From Blastocladiella emersonii ATCC 22665 (lineage: Eukaryota > Fungi > Blastocladiomycota), in NCBI GenBank assembly GCA_025594325.1, contig JANHCV010000003.1, forward strand, positions 1,860,001-1,924,000: DNA of 64,000 nt, written 5' to 3'. Positions 9,764 to 22,321 of the stretch are shown one piece after another. The notes beneath the pieces were generated by a model. That model worked only from the letters and a program-made list of their open reading frames with translations, was not told the origin of the DNA and made no database searches. Numbering within the stretch: position 1 is the first letter of the stretch; each line of letters starts with the position of its first letter. A program made the translations under genes and the position numbers.

Positions 9764-10238
9764 CTTTCAAGTGTATAGGAGTCGAGCTTTAGGGAGGAGG
9801 AGAGAGGGGGGACGCGGAGAGCGCGAGCGAAGTTTTGTCTCACAGCCGCGCGACGCGTCTCGCACCCGGGTCACCGCGACGGCGGCCGAGTGGCGCAGCA
9901 GAAGCGGGCCGACCTCTTGGCACTCGCGACCCCCGAGCATGACTACGTGCGCTTTAATGGATCTAAATCCGGCGAACTCATCGAGAGGGTGCGCTTGGCC
10001 TCCATGACACGCGACGTGAAGCGACGGCAGCCACGCGGCCACGGACACGGACACGGACGTGGTTCATGGCCATGGCCACGATCCCCGACCTCGCTCGCAC
10101 ACGAGAGACGACCGAATATCAAGGGGTGCAATTGATTACATGAGATGAGAATAAACACATATGGGGGGGGGAGGGCAAATACGGCAACGCCATCACGCCT
10201 CGACTACTCTGTGCATGTGCAACGACAACGACGACGTC

Positions 10239-13200
10239 TCAGATCGCGGCAGCGACCTCGCCCGCCGGCGTCGGGGTCGGGGTCGGCGACGACTTGGCCG
10301 CGGACGACGACGAGACGGGCGACCCGCGCTCCGCCGCCGCCGTCGTCTCGGCCTCGGCCTTGTCTTGCGCCACGGGAGCGCGCGGGCCCTTGACCTGCTG
10401 GACCGACGGCGCACCACGCTGCATCTGCTGCTGCATGTGCGGCGGCGGCGTCATGTGCATGTGCGGCGGGGGCGGCATGTGTTGCTGACCATGGCCGTGC
10501 GAGTGGAACATCATGTGCGGCGGGGGCGGGCCGATGGGCGGCGCCATGTGGTGCGGGTGATGGTGGTGCGGGAACCCGTGCATCGGCGGCATCATCATGC
10601 CGGCGTGCGGGGTGCCGGCCGCCGAGTTGGTGCGCGATCCCGGGTGCGAGTCGCCGCCGGCGCCGCCCGAGTGCTGCTGCTGCTGGTGGTGCGCGTGCGC
10701 CATGGCCGCCGCCGCCGCCGCCGCGGCCGCCTGGGCCTGGAAGTGCATCATGGCGAGGTGCTGGATCTGCGCGGGAGGGACCCCGGCGAGCGGGTGGTGC
10801 GGCGGGAACGGCGGCAGCATGTGCGGCGGCGGCGGGGGCGGGAGCAGATGTTGGTTCCCGCCGCCCGCCATGGCCGCTGCGGCAGCGACCGCGGCAGCCG
10901 CCGCCGACACGGGGTCGACGGAGCCGGCGAACAGGCCCTCGAGCGGCGGCGCCGCGGGCGGGGAGCCGGGCATGCTGGCGCCGTTGCGCGCCGAGGCCGA
11001 CGACATGCCGCGGCGGTGCTGCTGCTGGTCGTGGTACTGGGCGGCCTCGGCGGCCGCGAGCTGCGCGAGCACGTCCTCGTGCCAGCCCGAGGGCCGAGCA
11101 CCCGTCGCGGCCGCGTTGTTGGCGGCGATCAGGTCGAACATGGGCGCGTCGTGCGACGTGAGGCGCGAGTGGGCCTGCGAAGAGAACCCGGCGTCGCCGA
11201 GCGACGTGGTGGCGGGGGACGTCTCGACCGTGGTAGCGCGCGACCGCTGCGCCGACCACGGACCCGTCGACGACCGCTTGTGGTGCTGACCAAAGGAGCG
11301 ACTGGGACCGCCGTAGCCCGACGACGTGTTGGACGCGTAGCCGCCGCCGCCAGCGACCGACGGCGCCGTCGACGAGTGCCCGCTGCCGCCGTACATGTCC
11401 TGCTGGCTCCCGCCCGCGGGGCCGGCAAAGTACGGCTTGCGGTACCCGCCGTGGTGGTGCGACTGGCCGCCGGCGTTGCCGCCGCCGCCGTGGTTGAGCT
11501 CGTAGTTGGCCGTCGACTGGCCAAACTCGACGCGCACGTAGCGGTTGTTGATGGTGAGGCCCTGCAGCGCGCGGTGCGCCTTGACCGAGTCCTCGAGGTT
11601 GACGAAATGGACGTACATCATGCTGAAGGGTCAAGGGAGCAAAAGGTCAGCTGTCGAGCTCAAAGGCGAGTTGAGGAAGAAAACGCACCCGCGGTCCGCG
11701 ACAACGTCGACCTGGGTCACCTCGCCGTACTCCTCGCACACGGGGCGCAGGTCCTGCTCGACAATGTCCCACACGTTGGCGAAGAAGAGCTTGCGCGTCG
11801 GGTTCTCGGTCGGGTCCGTGGCCGCCACCTTGATGCGCTTGCCGCTGATGACGATCTGGCCGTCGGCCTCGATGGCCTTGGCCACCGACTCGGCGAACGT
11901 GAACTTGACATAGGCGACGCGACTATACGCTCGGCAGTCAGTCATCGTGTCCAGCAACACCTCGACGAGAGAAGAAAGCGTACCCGACATGCGCCGTCGC
12001 GGCCTTGGCCTTGGACACGCGGATATCGTCGATGCGGCCGAACCGGCGGAACGCCTTGCGCAGGGCAATCTCGTCGACAATGGGCGGCAGGTCCGACACG
12101 TAGATGTGCTTGGGCGGCTGGTGCAGCTGCACGTTCACGGGCGCGTGCGGCGGCGGCGTCGCGCCGCGCGACATGTCGAGGTGGTGCTGGTGGTGGTGGT
12201 GGTGCGAGTACTCGGGGTCGGCCGCCGCGGCAGCGGCTGCGAGACCGCGCGCGACAGGCTCCCACGACGCGGCCGCGCTGCCGCCCGTGTTGTACCGCTG
12301 CTGCTGGGTGGTGGCGTTGCTCACGAACGGCTGCGCGTACGCGTTGAGCACATGGTGGTGGTGCGAGTTGCCGTTTCCGTTGTTGCCGTACTGGCCGTAG
12401 CCGGAACCGGGCGGGGCGGGCGGCGGCGGGATCGACGCGGGCGGGACGACAGGGTAGTCGCGGACGCGCGCGACGGGCGACGCGGGGCCGGCCGACGACG
12501 ACGGCGGCGGGTGGACCTTGGTGTTGGTCGAGGCCTCGGCCGTCTGCGGGGCCGGGGACGCCGAGCCCGCCGACGACGACGCGGACCGCGCCGGGCTGCC
12601 GGTGCCGGCCTCGGGGGCCTGGGCGGCGCCGTTGTTGGCCGTGGCCGACGACGCGAGGCTCTTGACCGAGTCGGACTCGGACGCGGCCGCGTTGAGGCCC
12701 GACTCGGCGGCGGTGGCGGGCACCGGGGTACCCGAGGCCGAGAGCGAGAGGCGGTCGACCGACGCGGCGAGGTCCTCCTCGCGCGGGCTGCGACGAGCGG
12801 CAGCGGGGCTCGACTCGTGCTCGGCGGCGGGCGAGTAGTGGCGCGCGACCTCGTCGTCCGTCTCCTCGACGACGTGGCCGAGCGAGCCCGGGCCGGCGAG
12901 CCCAAGCGGGACCGACGTGGCGAGGCCGTAGTAGGCGGCAGCCGCGTCGGAGGGGCTGGTGCCGTACATGTAGTCGTCGGCCTCGGAGTAGAGCGAGGCG
13001 GATCCGCCGCGGGACCGCGACCCGCCGCTGGCGTAGGCGTGGTGGTGGTGGCCGACGGCGCCGGGCCCGCCGGAACCGTGACCGCCGCGAGACCCGATCG
13101 ACGAGCTCACATTGGGAGAGGTCGGGAGCGACGTGGAGGCGAGCGAGTAGTGCGACGAGGAGCGCGAGGGCCCGGCGCTCGAGGCGGTGCTCGAGTAGCC

Positions 13201-14175
13201 GAGCGGGTTGGTCGAGCGGGGCGGGGCAGGTGCGCGGCCGGGCGCGCGGAACGAGGAGTCCTCGGACCCGATAGCGGACATGAGGAAGGTGGGCGAGCGC
13301 GGCGACGTGGACAGGCTGCCGGCGTTGCTGCTGAAGGCCGACGAGCCGTACGGGTACTGCTGCGAGTCGAGGCGGGCCTGGCGGAGCAGCTCGGGCGACG
13401 CGGCCGTGGACGCGTGGGCCGACGCGGACCCGTGGCGCGACCGGAGGCCGCCGCTGGCGTACTCGGCGGCGAGGAAGGCCGACATGCCGCTTCCAGGGGC
13501 CGAGGTACCGTACACGTCGCTGCCGGCCGTGTAGTGGTTCTGGTTCTGCTGCTGCTGGTGATGGTGCGAGTGATGGTGCGGGTTGTACTGGCCGGAGCCG
13601 GCGCCGGAGCCGGGACCCGACGACTGCTGCTGCTGCTGCTGCGAGAGGAGGTAGGCGCTGTAGGGGTCGTGCTGGTAGTCGAGCAGCTGGGCGAGGCGGC
13701 GGGCGCGCGCGTCGAGGAAGGGGGTGGCGGGGGCCGAGGCAATGTCGGCCCAGGCCATGGCCGACGACGGCGGCAGGCCCGAGCTGGACGTGTTGCCGCT
13801 CGGGGCGCGGTAGCGGTCGTCGTTACCAGAACCCGTGGGCCGGCGGCGGTTGTTGCTGGAGCTGCCGGCGCTGGCCGTCGAGTGCTGCGAGTGGTCCGAG
13901 GCCGAGAGCGCGTCCGAGGCAGCCGAGCCGAGCGACAGGTCGCTGCCGACGACGGCGCTGGCGAGCGGCTTGAGGGCGAGCGGCGAGTCGCTGCCGGAGG
14001 CGGCGGTGCCGTCGATCGAGGCCGTGGTGGCGGTAGTCGCCGTGGCCGAGTCCCAGGCGTCGACGAGCGAGTCGCGGACGCGGTGCGCGGCGGCCTTGTT
14101 GCCGGCGAGCTCGGCGGCCGCGGGCTGCTGGGGCGTAGGCGAGTCCGACGCCGAGGGAGCGGGACGGCCGAGCAT
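10239..14175 (-). CDS. RNA-binding protein with two RRMs in long disordered Ser/Gln/His/Pro-rich regions (~1269 aa, 3 exons)
   Basis: RRM1 runs HIYVSDLP...GRVAYVKF and RRM2 runs KLFFANV...GMMYVHF...VRVEFG. Introns 11923-11983 and 11623-11688 restore the frame. Confidence 0.85.
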
Positions 14176-15683
14176 GGTTGCAGGGAGGAGGGGGAGGGAC
14201 GAGATGGTTTGGGCGGGAGTTCGAGAGAGGAGCGGGACGCGCGAGTGAAGTAGCGTCAGGCGGGCGGGCCGAAGCGGGCCGGGGGGTCGAGGCAGAGGGC
14301 GATCAGTGGGGCTATCAGTGGATCAGGGACGGAATGGGGAGCGAGATGCCCGACCAGCGCGACCGGGGGCGCAGCAGGGAGGGGGGCTCGCGCGAGGAGG
14401 GTGCGCAAGGGCGTGTGTAGGCGGCAGTTGTGGGTGGAGAGGGAGAGAGGGAGAGAGGGAGAGCAGAAACGGTCGGTGGAGGGCGCTTTAACGTGTGGTG
14501 GTGGTGTGCTGGGCTAAAGAGGAGAGGAGGAGCGCGCGTGAGAACCGGCGCGAGATGAGATGGGCGACGCGGGCGTGGGAACGCGGCCGATCGCCCCGCC
14601 GCACGGGCGCATGGGCGCCGCCGCAAGCGTGTCTGCTGGCCGAGAATGCGCAAGAAGCGCGGCGAGCCAGGGCTTCGATGGACAGCGGCGGAGAGCGTAC
14701 CGAGAGCAGGGTCTTGGGCGGACGCGGCGAGGAAGCCAGTGCGAGCGAGGCAGCGGTGCGGGCAGTTGGTGGGCAGTATTCTTGGTCGAGTAGGGTGGTG
14801 GACGAGGACGAGGGCGAGGACGGACTAGAGTGCTCCGAGCAGGGAGGGGCAGGCTTATAGCGAGCTGTGCCACGCGGGGAGAGGGCGGGAGCGTGCGCGC
14901 GAGGGGCCAGCGGGTGCGCAGGGCTCAGGAGGGGACGGCAACAGCCAACCGAGCGGGCGAGGAGGGGGACGCGGTTCTCACGAGCGAGCGAGCGATGCGC
15001 TGCGAGGCGATGCGGGCGGCGGGCGGTCGCGTTGCGCCACACACGGGACGCGGCGGCGGCGGCGGCGGCGGCGGCGGGCGGGAACGGGGCTGCGCAGATC
15101 AGCGAGCCGGGACCAGCGCGGAAACGAAACGCGCGGCGGGCGTTCGGCGACGTCAAGACGGGCCGATCACGGGCAGGGGATTCGGGGCGGGACGAGGCGC
15201 GGTCTCGGGGATCGGGCTCGGGGTCGGCGTCGCGGTCTCGCGCGTCGGGTCGGGTCGGGGCGAGGGGTGGGAGATGGAACGCTGGTGTAGTCTCGTTGCC
15301 AGACCGTATTGTCGCGGGGAGCTGCGGGATGCCTGCAGTCGGCCGAGGCTTTCGCGCAGGTAGGTGCCCGGTGCGACGCGTGGGAACGCTCACGCGAGCG
15401 GCGCCGCGCGATCACGTGTCCTCTCCGACCGCCCGGAACGGAAATTGCGCGCACCCCGCCAGCCAATCAGCGCGCGCGCGCCACTGACGTGACTGCGGGG
15501 GTGATTTTCCGGCGCGTGAGACACGCAGTGCGAGACAGTTGCCAATCGGTCAGTCGTGACCGCCAGTCGCCCCGCATGCACTCACACGCTTTTGGCCCTC
15601 GGCCCTGGCCCGCCCGCTCAAATACCACCGCTGCACCGCTCCCCCCGCAGTCCCCCACACGCGAGTCCGCTTTCGCTTTCGCC

Positions 15684-18229
15684 ATGGAACAACTCGAAGC
15701 CATACTCGCGCAGAAGCGCAACAACACGGACGCCCTCGTCGCCAAGCTGCGCCGCAACGTGGTCGGCAGCGACGCCCGCTACACGACCCCGCTCGGCCTG
15801 CCGCGCCGCATGGTCTACTGCGACTACTTCGCCTCGGGCCGCAGCCTGCGCTTTGTCGAGGACACGATTCGCGACCACGTCCTCCCCTTCTACGCCAACA
15901 CCCACACGACCACCACCGAGTCGGCCCGCCGCACCACCCTGCAGCGCGAGCGCGCGCGCGAGGTCATCCGGTCCGCCGTGAACGCGACCCGCCCACCACC
16001 GCCCGCCGACGCCGATGCCGCCGTCGCCAGCGACGACCCGGGCGCGCGCACCGTCGACCCGGGCGACTACTGCGTCATCTTCACGGGCAGCGGGAGCACC
16101 TCGGCCATCCTGCACATGGTCCACACCCTGCGCCTCAACGACGAGGCCTACTGGACCAAGCGCTACGGCGACCTGCGCGTCAAAGTCTTTGTCAGCATCG
16201 CCGAGCACCACTCCAATCTCCTTCCCTGGCGCGAGTCGTACTGCGACGTGGTCACCATCCCCATGGACCCGGCCACGGGCGACCGCGAGCCCGACCTGGC
16301 CGTCCTCGACCGCGAGCTGCGCAAGGCCGCGGCCGCCGGCGCCCCGCTCATGGTCGGCAGCTTCTCGGCGGGGTCCAACCTGACGGGCATCCCGATCGAC
16401 ACCCACCGCGTCGCGCGCGTCCTACACCGCCACGGCGCCCTCGCCTTCTTCGACTACGCCGGCGTCGGCGCCTACGTCAAGATCGACATGCGCGCCGGGC
16501 CCGAGGCCGATTTATCGCCCGACGACCCGGACCGCGGTCTCGGGTACAAGGACGCCGTGTTCCTGAGCCCGCACAAGTTCATCGGCGGGCCGGGCACCCC
16601 GGGCGTGCTCGTCGCGCGCGCCGCGCTGTTTGCCGCGCACTCGACACCCGCGCGCCCCGGTGGCGGCACCGTGACCTTCGTCACGGACACGGCGACCGAG
16701 TACCACGCGCACAACCTCGAGGAGCGCGAGGAGGCCGGCACCCCCGCCATTGTCGAGTCGATCCGGTGCGGCATGGTGTTTGCCATCAAGGACGCGGTCG
16801 GCGCCGAGCACCTCGAGGCGCGCGAGCTCGCCATCGCCAAGTCGGTCCTCGCCCGCCTCACGGCGCACCCGAACATCCGCGTGCTCGGCGATACCGACGG
16901 CCCGCGCGTGCCCGTCTTCTGCCTCCAGATCCGCGCGGGGCAGCCGCTCGCGCCGTCGTCGGGGACTACGACGCCGCCGCGCGGGGGCTGCGCGCGGCCT
17001 GGGCTCCTGCTCCACCACAACTTTGTCTCGGCGCTGCTCAACGACCTGTTCGGGATCCAGACCCGCGGCGGGTGCATGTACGTTCTCTCACCCTCGACCT
17101 GCGTCCGACCAGTCTGCTCACCCATCCCGCGTCCGTCTGTAGGTGCGCCGGCCCGTACGGCCAGTCGCTGCTCAAGGCGCGCGCCGAGGAGAAGACCATC
17201 TTCCGCGCCATGCTGAGCGACAACGACCTGCTCCGCTCATCGGCGTTTGACCTGGCGACCAACAGCAACGACGCGCTCGCCCGCGCGCGCAGCGGGACCC
17301 TTCGCGTCGGCGCATCCAACGACGCGCTCAGCTCATCTTCGTGCGCGACGGGCATGTGCGTGTCGACGACCAACCTGCTCGCGCCGACGCTCCGCGCGAC
17401 GGCGGGCAGCCCCGCAACGCGGTCGACGGCGTCGCTCTCGCCGAGCCCCGTGTCGCCGCCGGCGATGCGCCGCGGCAACTCGGCGTCGTCGCTCATCGTG
17501 CCGACCTCGCCGCAGCGGTCCGGGTGCAGCCCGACGACGCCCACGACGCCCGGCGGCACGCCGGTCCCACGCATGAACGTGATGAAGCCCGGGTTCCTGC
17601 GCTTCTCGTTCAACTACTTCACGGACCCGGCCGAGGTCGAGTACGTCGTGTCGGCGGTCGAGTGGGTCGCGACGCACGGCGCGGCGCTGCTGCCGTACTA
17701 CGTGGTCGACGCGGCGTCGGGGTCGTGGAAGCCGCGCGCCGGCGCGCTCCCCGTGCCCATCTCGCTGCACGACGTGGCCTCGCCGCCTTCGCCGACCTCG
17801 CCCATCGACCCGGCGGGCTCGCCCTCGTCGCCGCTCGCGAAATGGTGGTCGTCGACGAAAAACCCGAACGCGCACGCGCTCGACGACGCGCGCCGCCTGA
17901 CCAAGCCCAAGCACCTGGTGGCCGCGTGCACGGCACACGGCGACGCGATGCGCGGCGAGCTGCAGGCCGGGATCCTCGACGTCAGCGCCAAGATCGCGGG
18001 GATGCGCTGGTTTGCGCACCCCGCGGATGTCGCCGACGCGATCGCCGCCGCGTACCCGAACGGCGTGGGTGTGAATGGTGGGGCGGACTCGATGCCAGGC
18101 ACGCCCAAGTCGGCGAAGAGCGACCGCCGAATGCTGTTCAAGGCCGCGGTCGCGCCGCAGGGCCAGCAGCCGCAGAAGTCGTCGGGGTTGCTGGTCCAGG
18201 TGTCGGTTGCGGATGGCGAGATGGCATAG
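15684..18229 (+). CDS. Class V PLP-dependent aminotransferase / cysteine desulfurase-like protein (826 aa, intron 17078-17142)
   Basis: Motifs YCDYFASGR, FYANTHT, FTGSGST, EHHSNLLPWRE, FFDYAG, the PLP lysine in SPHKFIGGPGTPG, EEAGTP, TRGGCM|CAGPYG and KPGFLRFSFNYF. Confidence 0.9.
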
Positions 18230-18602
18230 TGTACTTTTTTATATATACCATTCTTTGTGTGTGATCTTCACAGTGGTGGTGGCCATGGCCGCGACCCGTG
18301 TCCGTGGCCAGCATGGCCGCCGCGCGCTGCGCCGCAGAGCCACCCGTCGCGCCGCTCATCATGCAGCTCGCTGCACGGCGCGCAGGCGCGTGCGCCGCTA
18401 TCGGGTGGCTCAGCCCGCTTCGCCGAGACGGCACGCGACGCGCCGCGCCGCTCGCGCTTCAAGCGTGGTCCCAACCTCGCCTGACTTTCGTGGGCGTGGA
18501 TCTGAGCGAACTCGGCCCACGAGGTCAGCGAGAGACACTTCGATACAGTATAAGCACTGGACTGTGAAGGAGTGAGCGAGACGTGTATTGAGCTTCGACG
18601 CG

Positions 18603-20085
18603 TCAGATTGCGAGGGTCATAGCCATGGCCACGGCGGCGAGCAGGACACCTCTAACGTGTTCGACCGCCACCGTCACCGCGGCGCTCGTCGGCGCCTGCG
18701 TCACGACCGCAGGCGGGACAACCGCCGCCGTAGTCGCCGCCGCGGGTGCCGCGTTCGCCGTCTGGGTCGCATTCGCGGCGCGGGCAGCGGGCGGCGCGAC
18801 GACGGGCGTCGACACGTTCTTGGCGTTCGCGAGCGTGGCACGCGCGGCGAGCCCCGGGTTGAGGAACGGCAGCGCGGTGGGGTCGCGGTACGCGCGCTGC
18901 CCGAGACACTCGTCGAGGCCGACGAACTTGAGGCCCGGCTGGGCGCGCAGGTAGTCGATGATCAGTTTGACGGCGCGGACGGACTAGAGGATGGTGGGTT
19001 AGTTGAGGGTGGAGGAGGGGAGGGGAGGAGGGGGAGGGCGTACGTATTGGTGGGTCTCGTGCTGCAGGTGGATGAACGAGGTGCTCTGCTGCCGGATCAG
19101 CTCGAAGCGGGTGCGGAACTGGGCGAACACGTTCTCGGGGGTCGCGCGCGGCGTGTTGGCCAGCTGCCAGTCGTCCGAGTCGGCTACACGTCCGAGGCGA
19201 GGTCAATCCCAGTCCCCGAAGCCGAGCAGGGCCGCGCGTACTGTTAATGTTGACGGGCACATATCCAGCGGTCTCGAGGTACGCCATGGACCGGGTGTTG
19301 AAGTCGAGGAACGGCGGGCGCACGAGGCGCGGGTGCACGCCGAGGACCGAGTGCACGGCCACGTCGTTGAGGGCGATCTCGGCGCGCAGGTCGGAGAACG
19401 GCATGGCGCCCTGCGGCACCGGCCGGTTGTTGGCCTGCACGCGCCCGCTGTCGCCGAGACTGCGGTGCGAGTACGTGTGCATTCCGATGACGTGTCCGGC
19501 TGCACAAAACGACGGAATGAGCGAGAGGTGATGGGAGAGCGTGATGGACGAGGGTGAAGTGAGTACCGTCGTGGGCGCGCTTGAGCGACGCGGCATGCGC
19601 GGGCGTGCGCATCACCTCGACGCCGAGGACAAAAAAGGTCGCGCGGACCTTGGCCACGGCGAGCACGTCGAGGAGCTCGTTGGTGAACTAAACGGGTGCG
19701 CGTGAGGTCAGTCTCCGACCCCTGGCCACGCGATGGACCCCTAATCACGAACCGACGAAGTCCCGTCATCGAACGTGAGCGCCACGTCGCCCTTGTTCTT
19801 GCACTGCCGGATCGGCGCGGCCATGGTACAGGCCCCGCAGTCGGCGGCGCAGCTCAGGCACGTCTCGCCGAGGTGGATCTCGCACACGCCGTTGCCGCAC
19901 CGCGCGGGCCCGTCGCCGAGCGCCATCTTCTCGGCGTTGAGGAACGCATTCACGGCGGGCAGCGGAGGCTGCGCGCAGTCGGCGACGTAGCACCACTGGC
20001 TCGGCGGCGCAAACGTCGCGGCGTGCGCGTGCAGCGCGGCGAGGGCGAGCAGGGCGGCCAGGAGGAGCCGTCTAGGTGTAGTCAT
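18603..20085 (-). CDS. Secreted/GPI-anchored polysaccharide (chitin) deacetylase, CE4/NodB, with a Cys-rich N-terminal module; multi-exon
   Basis: Signal peptide, then ALTFDDG, ATFFVLG, HTYSH and RPPF motifs, a Thr/Ala-rich linker and a hydrophobic C-terminus (VLLAAVAMAMTLAI). Confidence 0.88.
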
Positions 20086-20364
20086 TGCGGGGGTCTATGT
20101 AAGGTATTCGTCTACTGTCTGTTGCGTGTGGCACGCGAAGCGCGCGCTTCTCGGGAAACGGCGAGCGCCGGTGCAGGTTGGGGGAGAGGAGAGGAGAGGG
20201 ATAGCGGGCGCTGAGGGCGTTCGGGCGGAGGACTGCCTGGCGCCACCGAGCCAGGACCCGAAACGTGCACCCCATGGCGTCGCCACATCGGAACCCCGCG
20301 CTGCGCTCTCCTCAGCGTGATGGATGGACGACCAAAACAGGCTCGGAGTTTGTATTGTGCAGTC

Positions 20365-21019
20365 TCAAGGGCAGGCGACGACGGCCTTAATCTCGATCAG
20401 CAGCTTGGGCGAGGGGAGCTCGCGGACGCCGACCGTCGTGCGCGAGGGGCCGGTCGCGGAGTCGAAGAACTCGTTGTACACCTAGGCGCGGGAGGGAGGG
20501 CAGGAGCGCGCTCGTGAGCCGTTGGCGACACGGAGAGCGGGGCAGAGCTCGTCCAGGATGAAGGCCGGCAGCCGGAGGCAGCGCCCAGCGGACAGCACGA
20601 GGTGGATGACGTACCTGGTTAAACCCGGCGTAGTCCTTCATGTCGACGAGGAACACGGTCAGGTCGACGACCGACTCGAGGCCGAGGCCGACCGACTCGC
20701 GGATGATGGCCTCGATGCTGGTCGCACACGTCACGTCGCGTCAGTACCCGCGAAACGTCCAGCAAACCCGCAGCGAGTACGCCTCGTACTTCTTGATCAC
20801 AGCGCGCGTCTGCGCCTTGATATCGAGGGTGAGGGATCCATCGGCGTTCTCGGCGACGCCCTCGTAGGTGCCGTCGAGGCGGCGCGACGAGGTGCCCGAC
20901 ACGTAGAGGAAGCCGCCGGCGCGGCGCGCGTGCGGGTAGGCGGCCAGGGCAGCGGCGCGGTCCTTGAGCACGAAGCCGGTCCCGTTCGGGCCGATGGCGG
21001 AGGCAGCGTTCGAGGACAT
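20365..21019 (-). CDS. RidA/YjgF family, 2-aminomuconate deaminase-like subfamily; 3 exons
   Basis: Motifs [68 protein letters not shown] and LLIEIKAV. Confidence 0.9.
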
Positions 21020-21454
21020 GGCGGCGAGTAGGTGACGGCTTCAGGGTGCTCTAACGGGACTGTTGCATGAACTGTTCCGTTGTTTGTTGGACTCGGTGCG
21101 GGGGAGCAGGGGAGAGAAGCGCAGGTCGGCCAGCGACCGCGGCGGGGGCGATCGCGCGTGCTGTTCTCCGCCACGTGGTCGCAGCCCCAACAGGCCGTCG
21201 ACCTGTCGCGTCGGCGGCAGTACCGAGCAGAGTCGTCGCAGCGATGACGCCGGTCGTTGCATCGAGTTCCATGAGCGCCAGAGACGCGACAGACTGGGTG
21301 AACGAGTGAGTCGAAGGGCGATCGGCACGCGTCGCGTCGAGGGCTGCCCTGGGTGAGGCACTGTGCGCCGCGGCTCCACTTTGCGGCCCGCTGCTGGCCA
21401 TCGCGGCCTCGCTTCCTCTCCCGTGACGATGGAGAAAACAACACAATTTTTACC

Positions 21455-22024
21455 ATGTATTGCATCATCGCTGCCGAGACCAACGCTTCGGTCTGCGCCC
21501 AGGGCGAGTCGGTCGTCCCGCGCGTCCCCGCCGTTCCGAGCGTTGCCCGCACCCCGCTTCCGCCGCGCGTGCCACGCGAGCCACGGAAGAGCCGCGTCAT
21601 TCAGCGGTTCACGATCGTTGGAACGCATCATGTCCTTGACGGACCGCCCCCGCTCGGCGCCGTCCACATCTGTCGGGCTGACGGCGGTGGCGGCGAGCAC
21701 CTCTTGTCGATCCACGGCTTCCTCCGCGAGCTTGCCGTCATGCTGGGCTACCGGCTCATTCCCGACTTCATTTCCGTGGTCGCACGGTCTCGTGCGTTTG
21801 ACAACGGCGCCTCGGCCGTCTTGCTGGACCCAGTGTCAAACATGCGGACCTCGACGCAGCGACTGATCTCGGCCAAGGGCTTCCTGGTGCTCTTTGACTG
21901 GTCGGAGAACATCAAGAAGGCCGAGAAGTCGGGATCCGAGCAGGTGGTTCAGCTCATTGATGCTGCGAAGCAGCTCGCGGCACGCTTGGCCGTGGGCGAT
22001 CTCGCGGGACATGCGAGTGGCTAG
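21455..22024 (+). CDS. Hypothetical protein (189 aa)
   Basis: ATG in ACCATG context, open frame to TAG, globular-looking C-terminal half. No recognised family. Confidence 0.5.
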   Translation: MYCIIAAETNASVCAQGESVVPRVPAVPSVARTPLPPRVPREPRKSRVIQRFTIVGTHHVLDGPPPLGAVHICRADGGGGEHLLSIHGFLRELAVMLGYRLIPDFISVVARSRAFDNGASAVLLDPVSNMRTSTQRLISAKGFLVLFDWSENIKKAEKSGSEQVVQLIDAAKQLAARLAVGDLAGHASG

Positions 22025-22321
22025 TCGCGCGGTGTTCCTCGCCGTGGACATCCGGTTCCCTCAATGTATCGCTTAATAAGTAGATCGTTTTTCATGTTCA
22101 TATCAACATGCCTGCGAAACGAGCGGAAGAAAGTGAGAGCTACTTCTTTCGCGCAAACCAGCGCGGCGAGGACGCGCTGCGCCACAGCGTGATGCCGATC
22201 CTCTGTCGCGTTCGTTTTCCTCGCGGGCTCGCGGCAGTTGCACGCTCGCCGCACCATGAACCACGGAGGCAGCTCATGAAATACACCCTTGAAACTTGCT
22301 GCAATCTTATCCTCAACCACC

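Noticed and set aside
15049-15075. (GGC)n microsatellite; also (GGACAC)3 near 10041 and poly-Gln/His codon runs
   Set aside because: Ordinary simple repeats for a GC-rich genome.
3432-18019. Many long ORFs antisense to or in alternate frames of ADH, SPE2, GT32, the RRM gene and the aminotransferase (e.g. 6460-7857, 10161-12347, 11947-14253)
   Set aside because: These are shadow ORFs expected at high GC3. They are Arg/Gly/Ala-rich and have no motifs.
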